The notes beneath the pieces are model-generated. The model was not told the DNA's origin, searched no databases, and saw only the letters and a program-made list of their open reading frames with translations. Positions 29,707 to 38,533 of a stretch of 64,000 bases of DNA are shown here, piece by piece. How positions within the stretch are numbered: position 1 is the stretch's first letter; every line of letters begins with the position of its first letter. Source of the DNA: an uncultured virus (IMG/VR IMGVR_UViG_3300014913_000010) (lineage: Duplodnaviria > Heunggongvirae > Uroviricota > Caudoviricetes). Location of the stretch: the IMG/VR virus record IMGVR_UViG_3300014913_000010; one strand, written 5' to 3'. Position numbers and translations under genes: made by a program.

Positions 29707-32342
29707 TAACTACTAATGATATTATTTGCGCTAGCCTTGACTTTCTTGGCAAATGCTGGACTCAATACCTTGCAAAGATTTTTAATAGTAGACCCTGCAA
29801 TTTCCTCAATGGTAGTAAATCCATTATCATACAGTTTGACTGCCCGAGCACCACCCACCTGATCAATTCTAGTGAGTACTGCTACTTCAGCAGACACACC
29901 GTACTTGACACGCTGGGGAAGTACTGCCCACATTGGTTTTTTCTGCCAGTGAGCATACTGCGAATCGATTAAAGACAACGCTTGATTGATCCGCTCAATA
30001 TCCCATGTTAACTGACGCTGAATACTTTTTAATGCATCCGGTACTTTCTTGCTTCCGGTAATAGCATGATACAACGCCATTGCACCGATTACTCCCTCAG
30101 TTGGCCTAATACCATAGTCGTAAATTAATCTACTACTAAAGTCGTCGGCTTCTCCTACTATCGGTTTAGGTATATAGCCCATGTTATTTGCTGGGATATC
30201 ACCTATTGCCCATGCTAGAAGTACTTCCTCATCAATGTTGCGGCCTTCGATATTAAACATCTTATCGAAATTCTGAAACCACTTATATACATCAACGGGA
30301 TTGAAGTACAGCCATGCACAAACTCGGCCTAGACCGGTAGGACTAATTCTAATACCGTCACCCTCGATCATTTCCATAGCGCTGTAGTTGTTTAAATGAT
30401 CTTCAGCCTCATCAATAGTCATAGGTGCAACTGACTGAAGGGAAGCTAAACTTCTACTATGCCATTCTACTAATGATCTACTATCTTGGATTGTTTTTGT
30501 TTCAATCTCCGCAATAGCATGAAAGTGAATGTACTTATCTAATACCGACTTGACCGGCCTAGGATTTTCGAACTTATTAATCCATTCGTGTTTACTATGT
30601 ACCGGAAGAAGTATTGACACAAAACCTTTATCATCAATACCATATCGCCCGGCACGTCCACACATCTGAATTATATCAAGTTCGTCTACTTCGTTTATAC
30701 CACGGTGGATTCCGACTACTACAACGTTACGGGCAGGCAAGTTGCGCCCCCATGCCAAGGTTGAAGTACTTACCAGCACCCTAATACCGTTGTGCCGGTC
30801 TTCAAATTTCTGTTCTACTTCCATCCGTTGTTCAACGTCAAGATCAGCATTATGAAAGAAGGCGTCTTCACCTTCCGTCTGTAATGCTTTGACAATACGC
30901 CTTCCCGTGCCTTTATCATGCACGAAAATTAAGTACTTTTCTTCTGGTTTACTCATTGCTATACCTATTGCTTTGTTCAACTTAATGGCTTGCGTTCCCC
31001 AGTAATCTTCCTGCCCACTTTCATAAGTGGCCGGTGTGTAGTCAATATAATTAATATCGAGTACTACCGGTCGCCATGTGGAATAAACTACTTCCGTTGC
31101 CTTATCATTTAATCGAGTTAGCCAAGTTGCCAACTCATCACAGTTCGGCATGGTAGCAGACAGAAATAGGATACGGGCTTTTTTGTTGATAGAAGTAAAC
31201 CTCATAATACCGGCTTCAACTGCATGACCGCGTTCAGTAGTTAGTATATGACTTTCGTCAACTACTACTAACCCGACTTGCTTCAACCAGAAGTTGTTCT
31301 CTGATTGCATACGTCGGGTACGTGAATCACACATCTCAGAAGTCATTACTATAATATTTGCTTCAGCAAGTTCAGCCTTCCGGGCTTCCGAAAGGGTGTA
31401 GTCGCCAGTTAGTATAGTAATGTTTTGATCATAGTACCGTTGTTTCCAGTCTATGTACTTCTCCTGAGTCAATGACTTCAGTGGTGAAAGGTAGATAACA
31501 CGTTTGCCCTTCGCCAGTACCGCATCCATAAGGAACTCCGCGCATATCGTTTTTCCAGCAGAAGTATTCGCGCCGATTACCATATTACAGTTCTTTTTGG
31601 CGTAAGGTAGTACTTCCGATTGCACCGGGTTAAATTCTTTAAACAAGTACTTATGCGGTTTATACGTTTTAGTTTTCACCAACTTACCGCTATACTCATT
31701 TACTACCGGTTCCACTGCTACCGCAATGGGATCTTCCACTACTACCGGTTCGGGTTCGGGAGTACTAACAACGTTATCTTCTTCAGCACTGTTGACCCAC
31801 TCATCCTTAAAATAAGGATCGGCCTTTAGTACTTTGGCTTCCATCGTCGGCTTGCCCTTTGGATTACTATCACCAAGTATCCACGTTAATTGCTTATCTG
31901 TCAGGTTACTTCTTTCTTCCAACTGCTCACGCAGGGAAGTACAAAAGTCCATCCAGTTCACAGCATCATGAGATAGTACAGCATGAACGTAATCGAAGTC
32001 GATTACTTCAATACCACCTACTTCCTCATTCAACTTAGTAATACGAGCATTGAGACGGTCGCCTATAGAAGTAGCGCCCTCAACACGAAGTATCTTTTTG
32101 CCCTTGCCTATAGGTCGGTTGTTTTCAGTATCCCAGTATACTACCCGAATGGCATCACTACCAATACGCCGAGAAGTATTAGTCCTAACATCTACAGTAC
32201 TATAAATACGGACTGATATACTGTCGATGATAGTCGGGACTTGATAAACAAATTCCTTGCAGTTCGGCACGTCTACTATAGCACGGTCTTCTGGCAAGTA
32301 GTCCTCGAACTGCTCTTTAGTCAAAGTCACGAAGTTACTCAT
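29706..32342 (-). CDS. Ski2/Hel308-like SF2 helicase with extra N-terminal domain and C-terminal HhH
   Basis: FNPVQ, ANTSAGKT, SPLKSL, VDESH, LSATM, STSTLAWGRNLPA, QMCGRAGR; RBS supports start at 32342. Confidence 0.85.
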   Translation of the reverse strand: MSNFVTLTKEQFEDYLPEDRAIVDVPNCKEFVYQVPTIIDSISVRIYSTVDVRTNTSRRIGSDAIRVVYWDTENNRPIGKGKKILRVEGATSIGDRLNARITKLNEEVGGIEVIDFDYVHAVLSHDAVNWMDFCTSLREQLEERSNLTDKQLTWILGDSNPKGKPTMEAKVLKADPYFKDEWVNSAEEDNVVSTPEPEPVVVEDPIAVAVEPVVNEYSGKLVKTKTYKPHKYLFKEFNPVQSEVLPYAKKNCNMVIGANTSAGKTICAEFLMDAVLAKGKRVIYLSPLKSLTQEKYIDWKQRYYDQNITILTGDYTLSEARKAELAEANIIVMTSEMCDSRTRRMQSENNFWLKQVGLVVVDESHILTTERGHAVEAGIMRFTSINKKARILFLSATMPNCDELATWLTRLNDKATEVVYSTWRPVVLDINYIDYTPATYESGQEDYWGTQAIKLNKAIGIAMSKPEEKYLIFVHDKGTGRRIVKALQTEGEDAFFHNADLDVEQRMEVEQKFEDRHNGIRVLVSTSTLAWGRNLPARNVVVVGIHRGINEVDELDIIQMCGRAGRYGIDDKGFVSILLPVHSKHEWINKFENPRPVKSVLDKYIHFHAIAEIETKTIQDSRSLVEWHSRSLASLQSVAPMTIDEAEDHLNNYSAMEMIEGDGIRISPTGLGRVCAWLYFNPVDVYKWFQNFDKMFNIEGRNIDEEVLLAWAIGDIPANNMGYIPKPIVGEADDFSSRLIYDYGIRPTEGVIGAMALYHAITGSKKVPDALKSIQRQLTWDIERINQALSLIDSQYAHWQKKPMWAVLPQRVKYGVSAEVAVLTRIDQVGGARAVKLYDNGFTTIEEIAGSTIKNLCKVLSPAFAKKVKASANNIISS

Positions 32343-32427
32343 TTTGTCCTCCTTATGTGGCAATAGCCACGTTAGTAATTAATACTACCTCCGTTAATAA
32401 CAACTACTACTACTACTTACGTAATTG

Positions 32428-32476
32428 AATCTCCAATAAGTCCCATGAACCGTAGCTCATGGAACCTATGATGATT
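32428..32476 (-). repeat. Conserved intergenic RNA hairpin, copy 3 of 6
   Basis: Stem GGUUCCAUGAGC-UACG-GUUCAUGGGACU. Confidence 0.8.
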
Positions 32477-32482
32477 CAAGTA

Positions 32483-32893
32483 CTACTCAAGATCGTCAAT
32501 CGTCTTGAATGATACTCGATGAAAGGTCTTAGTAGTTTTCACTGCTAGCCTTTCAAATCGCTCATCCCCGAGTACTCCCCTTGCTTTGGTGTTTGACACA
32601 TTCACCGAGTCAAGGAATTTCTTAGTAGATGCAACTGCTTTCTTGTACTTTCTAATATCAAGATCGAATGCATCAACGTCCTCAATTACTACCACTGCCC
32701 GGTTGTGTCCTCGGATAAGTGGTTTGTTGACTGACTCAGCATGACTTCTTAATTTTTCCTTTACTTCATTAAACCGAGCAGTCAAGTCCTTAATGTGTTC
32801 GCCCAACTGCTGACCTTCAGCAATTAATTCTTTTACGTTGCGAACACGCTTCAGCCGATTCAAGGTCTTTTTCTTTTTCTTAGGCATTGTCAT
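32483..32893 (-). CDS. Hypothetical protein
   Basis: AAGGAG RBS; basic N-terminus and coiled coil. Confidence 0.65.
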   Translation of the reverse strand: MTMPKKKKKTLNRLKRVRNVKELIAEGQQLGEHIKDLTARFNEVKEKLRSHAESVNKPLIRGHNRAVVVIEDVDAFDLDIRKYKKAVASTKKFLDSVNVSNTKARGVLGDERFERLAVKTTKTFHRVSFKTIDDLE

Positions 32894-33284
32894 TGTTTTC
32901 TCCTTTCCATTCTTCTACTACCGGTTTTTCTTCAAGGCTGATATGATTGACACGGCTAAAGAAGTAGGTGTATGCCTTCTTCTCATTAATCGTTACTACT
33001 TTCCGGTTATAAAGATTGTCTTTCCTTCCTTTTTTATAACCCTCAATAGCATCACACTGGCGAAGTACTTCTTTTATGTTGTTTACTTCCATAAGTTCAC
33101 CGATTACATAACTACCGTTGTCGCATTCAACCATTGCTGGGAAAGGCCCAAGGTCAATTATTTTGGCATTGTGAAGTATAGCCGTATCAACGTTTACTAC
33201 ATAGTGCTCCACTGCCGAGTATCTCACTTGACCTACCTTGAGCGTACCATAGACAAAGATTCTGCTGATTTTTTCCTCATTCAT
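32880..33284 (-). CDS. Gamma-glutamylcyclotransferase (AIG2-like)
   Basis: IFVYGTLK, GPFPAM, GELMEV, DAIEGY, LYNR, AYTY. Confidence 0.9.
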   Translation of the reverse strand: MNEEKISRIFVYGTLKVGQVRYSAVEHYVVNVDTAILHNAKIIDLGPFPAMVECDNGSYVIGELMEVNNIKEVLRQCDAIEGYKKGRKDNLYNRKVVTINEKKAYTYFFSRVNHISLEEKPVVEEWKGENNDNA

Positions 33285-33339
33285 TTTCTGTCCTCCGTTT
33301 GGTGTTTAGTACTACTACTACTTTCGACTATCGAAAGTT

Positions 33340-33392
33340 AATCTCCAATGAGCCCCACGAAGTATTACTACCTCGTGGGGCCGATGATGATT
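33340..33392 (-). repeat. Conserved intergenic RNA hairpin, copy 4 of 6
   Basis: Stem GGCCCCACGAGGUA-GUAA-UACUUCGUGGGGCU. Confidence 0.85.
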
Positions 33393-34026
33393 AACCATTC
33401 AATATATTACTAATTGCATCCTCATTCGGTCGTTGCCGTACTAACGTGTGCTGTTTGTGGTCAAGTTTGTTGTACTGCTTCGGGAATACTTTCTTGAAAA
33501 GATTGATTGACCACCTACACGTTTTCTTTTCATTTTTCCCGAGTGCATGACCGAACTCATGTAAAAAAGTAATAATGGAAAGGTTGCCCCTCATGGTAAT
33601 CGTATGACTACCGGGGGAATAACTACTACTATCTGACGGATTCATTTTAGTGTCCCTGATAATTGCATCCAGATCAATACCGTCGACTACTACCGTAGGC
33701 ACGGCAATGTCATACAAGGATGCAAGTTGCTCAGCGAGTACTATGAGACCATCGAGACGCATCTGATTCGTTTTACTACCCCACAACTTTAAGGACTTCC
33801 ATCCTTTCAGTGCCGGGATAACACCACGACGATACTTGATCTCATCGTCAAGTACTTCCTCAACTGTTTCCGGGTAGGCATTACTTTCCATCATTGCCGA
33901 TGTTATGTTAGTAATGTCACCACTACTTCTGCCCGTTCCGTTGTTGACTACAGATGTATTATCGTTACAACTACACTCATCCAAGTCGCCATTGCATTCA
34001 GAACATACATTCAGTTGATTACTCAT
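33391..34026 (-). CDS. Zincin-like metallopeptidase (HExxH)
   Basis: TFLHEFGHALG; AAGGAGGACAAAA-ATG RBS. Confidence 0.65.
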   Translation of the reverse strand: MSNQLNVCSECNGDLDECSCNDNTSVVNNGTGRSSGDITNITSAMMESNAYPETVEEVLDDEIKYRRGVIPALKGWKSLKLWGSKTNQMRLDGLIVLAEQLASLYDIAVPTVVVDGIDLDAIIRDTKMNPSDSSSYSPGSHTITMRGNLSIITFLHEFGHALGKNEKKTCRWSINLFKKVFPKQYNKLDHKQHTLVRQRPNEDAISNILNG

Positions 34027-34092
34027 TTTTGTCCTCCTTGTTGGTTTCCAGCCAACTGTTTATTGTTTACTACTATTTGGATCATCGTCTAC

Positions 34093-34148
34093 TGATTCTC
34101 CAATGAGCACTGCGAAGTGTACTACCTCGCAGTGCCGATGATGAATCA
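34093..34148 (-). repeat. Conserved intergenic RNA hairpin, copy 5 of 6
   Basis: Stem GGCACUGCGAGGU/ACUUCGCAGUGCU; basal stem changed compensatorily to UGAUUC/GAAUCA. Confidence 0.85.
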
Positions 34149-35576
34149 TTAAACATCAAACATACTATCTGGTCTACTAGCAGTATATTCTTGTTGTTCC
34201 TCGGTCTGTTCATTAGCACCGAGTGCGCCAAGGTTGTCTGGGTTACGTCTACCCTCAAACAATTGAGCACGTTGAATAAAATGCCGCAGTGCATCAAGTT
34301 GTTCGTCACTAAGTACTTCCATTTCAATCGTGACAGGATCGCTATTGTCGGTTGGTTCTACTACCGGCTCAACATCTGCCGGGGAGTCGTAACCTTCCGG
34401 TATAGTATCCATACCTAATGGGAATAACCGAAAACGCTTTCCAGTCTTTACTATATTGAAACCGAATCCCCACTTGAGATTCTTAAGGTTAGTCAATTGA
34501 CCACTAACCAATTTCAACTGCTTCCCACTTTCCAATCTACCGAAGTCCCGGTCGAGCATACTAACTATATCTTGCTTAGTACACCATTTGGAAATAAGTA
34601 TACGAATAATAGCGCCGGTTTTAATATCGGCTTTTGGTAGTCGTTGTTTTTTAGCATTGGGATGAATGAACTTTTCTTTAAAGTTAGTACATGCAATGCG
34701 CGACCGAGCCGACCGGATAAATTGCTGTTCGTAGTACTCGCCGGTAGTATTACCATCGTTATTAGTTCTGGAGGGTACTTGTTGACTAACTGCCTGACGA
34801 GCTTCAAAAGAAGTTCGTTTCAGCGAATCAACAAAATCTTGAAACCGTGAGCGATCATTAATTACTACACCGCCTTTAGTTGCAAGGTCAATCCATCGTT
34901 GAGTAATAAGAATCCAACTACTAATTTTTGCCCACTCGACTGTACCCGAATGCATACGAAACTCCAAAGTGTTTCGAATAGCATAGGACTTAAAATTCAA
35001 ACTACTTCTCCGTCCTAACTGATTACTATACCAGTCAAAAGGATTTTCGTCAGCCCTACACCTTCTTGTACCGTAATCAGACCACGGCTTGCAGTAGGTG
35101 TTGCTCAGTCGACTATCGGGCAATGCATAGAAGAAGTACTTCTCATCATTACGATATGCATTGACTACATTTCTAATAGTGTCAATCGTTTCCCCAGCCA
35201 TACCATGATGGACGTGCAGGCCGCAAGTCCTGCTTGCCGTAGCAAAAGGATTTCCGGTTCCATCATCTAAAGCATTGCAAACTACTTTTATGGCCTTCAT
35301 GCCTTCTACTCCCTTAAGAATAGGAGACACAATTTCCATGTTATGGGGAAACTGCCGACCCATTTGACTATTGAGTGTCATAACTGATCCATCTGGTTTG
35401 ATCTTCCATGTAGTAAAGTTGTCTTGAGCAGTGTCGTGACCGTACCGCCTAGTGACTACTACATCATGGTTGATCATGTTATCAGCAAAGTACTGCCGTA
35501 ATCTATCGGCAATCCTTTCCTCACTAACCGTGGCATGGCATTCAATCTCCAGTCCAATAGTTCTGTCCTCATTCAT
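34149..35576 (-). CDS. Putative amidoligase (COOH-NH2 ligase) enzyme
   Basis: TIGLEIE, W.IKPDGS, EIVSPIL, CGLHVH, SLNF, TLEFR.HSGT. Confidence 0.85.
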   Translation of the reverse strand: MNEDRTIGLEIECHATVSEERIADRLRQYFADNMINHDVVVTRRYGHDTAQDNFTTWKIKPDGSVMTLNSQMGRQFPHNMEIVSPILKGVEGMKAIKVVCNALDDGTGNPFATASRTCGLHVHHGMAGETIDTIRNVVNAYRNDEKYFFYALPDSRLSNTYCKPWSDYGTRRCRADENPFDWYSNQLGRRSSLNFKSYAIRNTLEFRMHSGTVEWAKISSWILITQRWIDLATKGGVVINDRSRFQDFVDSLKRTSFEARQAVSQQVPSRTNNDGNTTGEYYEQQFIRSARSRIACTNFKEKFIHPNAKKQRLPKADIKTGAIIRILISKWCTKQDIVSMLDRDFGRLESGKQLKLVSGQLTNLKNLKWGFGFNIVKTGKRFRLFPLGMDTIPEGYDSPADVEPVVEPTDNSDPVTIEMEVLSDEQLDALRHFIQRAQLFEGRRNPDNLGALGANEQTEEQQEYTASRPDSMFDV

Positions 35577-35658
35577 GCTGTCCTCCATTTCGCCGGTAGT
35601 AATACCGGCAAGTTAGTAGTTATTAATATTTCGTCTCCATTTATTATACACTACTTTT

Positions 35659-35713
35659 AATCTCCAATGAGTACTGCGAAAGTATTACTACCCTCGCAGT
35701 ACCGATGATGATT
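35659..35713 (-). repeat. Conserved intergenic RNA hairpin, copy 6 of 6
   Basis: Stem GGUACUGCGAGGGUA-GUAA-UACUUUCGCAGUACU. Confidence 0.85.
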
Positions 35714-35717
35714 AAAA

Positions 35718-36626
35718 TTAGTCACCGTAAGAAACTCGTTTAGGTGGTGGATTACCTAAAGCGGTTGCCGGTGCAGGATAACCTCGACGACCGTAGTAAC
35801 TATCTACTATATTGTTATAAAAGGCCTCATCCGAGTCCTCAGGATCGTCGTGATTTACTTCCCTAGTTACTACTACCGGCTCAGGGTCTTCTTCGTAACG
35901 TCCAAGGTTCGTAAACTCCATCGTTTCAACGTCTACCATGTAGTAGTGCAATGGCTTAGTGAAAAACGATTTTATTTTCTTAACCTGAACACTAGTAATA
36001 CCGGCCTTGTTAGTATACCGTAAAGCATCCTGCACAATTTGCTTAGTGCTACAAAATATCCGGACTCCTAATGAGTCCCGAAGGTCTACTACACACATAG
36101 GCCGGGATGAGTCACGTGCAAAAAGTACTACATTTTCAATGAAGTTCACTGCTATCATTGAGTAGCTTTGAACCGCATTAAGTAGTTCTTTAGTGAACCC
36201 TACTTTTTCAACGCATCGAAAAAAGGCTTCGGTATCACTACCACTTTTTATTTTCGATTTTACCCGATGCAATTTAGCAAGGTCAAACGCATCATGCATA
36301 GTACCGTTATGTACTATAGCCCACTCATCACCTACGAAAGGCTGAGTGTTTAATACGTTTACTTCACCCATACTAGCGTTACGATTATGACCGACGAACA
36401 GGCGACAATTCCGGTTTACTATTGCATCCTTGAAGTAGTCGCTTTGTTCCATGAACTCACTTGCCTTGATTGCTGATTTCTCCGTAAGTAGTTCGCTATC
36501 ACTAATAGCAAAGAACCCGGTTCCATCAGTACCACGAGTTTCTGAAACTACGGCAAGTACTTTCATAAACTTAGCAAGTACTTTCGGATCTTTCGGATTG
36601 CCTACATAACCATAAATTCCACACAT
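35718..36626 (-). CDS. Class II (Ntn) glutamine amidotransferase
   Basis: True start MCGIYG after AAGGAGG; RGTDGTG, GHNR.AS, NTQPF, HNG, DTE. Confidence 0.9.
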   Translation of the reverse strand: MCGIYGYVGNPKDPKVLAKFMKVLAVVSETRGTDGTGFFAISDSELLTEKSAIKASEFMEQSDYFKDAIVNRNCRLFVGHNRNASMGEVNVLNTQPFVGDEWAIVHNGTMHDAFDLAKLHRVKSKIKSGSDTEAFFRCVEKVGFTKELLNAVQSYSMIAVNFIENVVLFARDSSRPMCVVDLRDSLGVRIFCSTKQIVQDALRYTNKAGITSVQVKKIKSFFTKPLHYYMVDVETMEFTNLGRYEEDPEPVVVTREVNHDDPEDSDEAFYNNIVDSYYGRRGYPAPATALGNPPPKRVSYGD

Positions 36627-36822
36627 ATTATCCTCCTTTGGTAGTCCTCCAAGACTACCGGTTAAATTAACTACATTATCTTTACTACTTCTTTCAGATC
36701 GCCTTAAATGATCTGTTCCGCTCTCATCCCTCATAATTGTAAGTATTTAAGCAATTCACTTATTTACTTAATCATGGGATGAAACCATAACACATGATTT
36801 AAGGCAGTGGTAGTAACAAGAC

Positions 36823-37225
36823 CTAACGTGATCGTCGTAGTCGTCGGAGTCGACGATTTACTAACTTTTGTTTTTCACGATTTTTATTATGATAATGACA
36901 CACATCTAATTTAATTGTTTTAGTATAGCACATTGAATATGAGTAAACAAGATTTTTTGCTCCCCAGTTTCTAACGTGCGGTACTTTTTTAATCGGACTA
37001 CTTTTGTCGGGAATAGTCATAACTGGACTATTGCAATATCTACATATTTTCATCATTGTTAGCTCCCTTTACTATATCAATATCAATACCACGAAAAGTT
37101 TCATTATCTATTTGATAGTAGTTCGTCCAATTAGCATGGCTTTTTCCGATGGAGTCGTCGTGCTGATAAAAGCTAATGAAGCAATAGTGTTTATTGTTCA
37201 TTTCCATAAATGTAAAAGTATCCAT
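36823..37225 (-). CDS. Two small early proteins (36823-37056; 37040-37225, starting MDTFTF)
   Basis: GGAG RBSs; first ORFs downstream of the long leader. Confidence 0.55.
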
Positions 37226-37239
37226 TTTAGTACTCCTTA

Positions 37240-38167
37240 TAGTTAGGTTATAACAGGACGGTAGTTGTTTGCTTTTCCTAGGACTTTTATTATGCCTAGT
37301 ACTATTGAGGGACAACTACCACCCCAAGTTACAACGGCGTACAATCAATGGATTGACCAATTCTTTTCCTAGGACTTAATAGGCGCCTAGTACTATCGTT
37401 TCAAAAGGTCGCACCATATCATATACAACCGTGGGATTTATAGGGCTGACTTTCGTCTTTCCCACCGCCTCGGCTCTACTACCTGCGGATCTACTATAGT
37501 TGTCAACTTTTCCTAGGACTTAATATGCCTAGTACTATTGTGACGTGCTTTTCGATACCGGTACTACTAATGTTTTCACTCGCCTGCCGTCCCAAGGAGA
37601 TTTGGAGGATGGGTTATGAACTAAACCACCGGAGGAGGTGGATTTACTATGTCCTAACGGGTTTTATTGGTAGCACTAATCGTTTATAGTGCAATCGGCG
37701 CACCGGACGCCTACCAAAGTCGGGAGTGTCAATTAGTATTTCGGATTTGAACCGTCCAACCTTTCGGTAGTAGTTTTCTCATGGTGTGTTTGATCCATTA
37801 TCTATACCGGCGGTAATAGTTGGCATATACCGCACGTGGCGAATTTTGTTTCATTAAAGTTTTACTACCACGATTAAATATTAAGGAATATTTTAATTAC
37901 CATTCAATTAGTAGTTGACCCTGAGTCATTTATTTTTCGTTTTGACTTCGCCCTAGCAAGTTCGCCCGAAGGCAAAAAGTAGGAGTCAATCGCATCCATC
38001 GGATTTTTTCGAGTGCCGTTTCCCACGGCCCCCAAGGTCTACTAATTGTGTGAGCATGGCGCGTGAGGTCAACCGGTATCGAGGGTAGTACTAACGATGG
38101 TGCTGGTAGTAGTTGCCCCCGGTCCTAGTGACCCCCGGTGTTGCCGTGCTCGATATGTCAAAGAACT
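37240..38167 (-). ncRNA. Candidate large structured RNA / 5' leader of the early operon
   Basis: ORF-free, many stems with UUCG/GAAA tetraloops, long-range complementarity, three repeated modules. Confidence 0.65.
38156..38166 (-). promoter_or_regulatory. boxA-like antitermination element
   Basis: GTTCTTTGACA just downstream of the promoter; resembles boxA (GCTCTTTAACA). Confidence 0.45.
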
Positions 38168-38172
38168 GATTA

Positions 38173-38201
38173 AAAGTAACATTTTCAGTGTGTTATGTCA
38201 A
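38173..38201 (-). promoter_or_regulatory. Sigma70-type early promoter
   Basis: TTGACA-17 bp-(TG-n)TACTTT with AT-rich upstream sequence. Confidence 0.65.
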
Positions 38202-38219
38202 CATTTATTTTCATACCGG

Positions 38220-38533
38220 TCTAGATCGCCTTATATATAGGCCAAAAAACGTAATGATTTCATGGTGTTACGGGAGTTAAAATTATTTTCAAAATAATGC
38301 GCTTTTTTTCGCCTTATAACCTATTGGATTTATTGATAAAAATAGGCCCAAAATAGGCTAAAAAACCGTGTATTTTCGGGGAGTTATAACCCATAAATCC
38401 GGGAGATCCCCTCAAATTACCACAAAGTGGTATAAAAACGACCTAAAAAACGGACTACTACCAAAATAGGCGAAAATAGGCCATTTTTGCCATATGCCGG
38501 GAAACCGGGCAAATTGGACTACTAATAGGTCTA
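38220..38533. repeat. Non-coding region with short A-tract repeats (AAAATAGGC, CGGGA, TTATAACC)
   Basis: AAAATAGGC at about 38339, 38350, 38463 and 38473, with partial copies at about 38237 and 38525. Confidence 0.55.

Noticed and set aside
28580..35713. Repeats as a CRISPR or TIGR-like guide array, box C/D RNA (ATGATGA on +) or hammerhead ribozyme
   Set aside because: The copies are separated by whole genes and their variable parts are self-complementary stems, not spacers. No Cas or Nop-domain gene is recognisable. G-U pairs place the RNA on the minus strand, and the hammerhead core (CUGAUGA/GAAA) is not matched.
35718..36734. ORF-track start at 36734 for the amidotransferase
   Set aside because: Ntn enzymes need Cys at position 2; MCGIYG at 36626 has a strong RBS.
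37310..37340. T-box riboswitch (GCCGUU...GGGGUGGUAG)
   Set aside because: Lacks the UGGNACC bulge consensus and a following terminator, and UGGUAG is used in another helix.
37420..37480. Group II intron domain V or group I intron core
   Set aside because: GAGCCG...ACGGUU is interrupted by a large insertion; there is no interrupted gene, RT/maturase or P7 consensus.
37742..37754. tRNA gene suggested by GGTTCAAATCC
   Set aside because: Only a T-loop hairpin; I could not build an acceptor stem, D-arm or anticodon arm around it.
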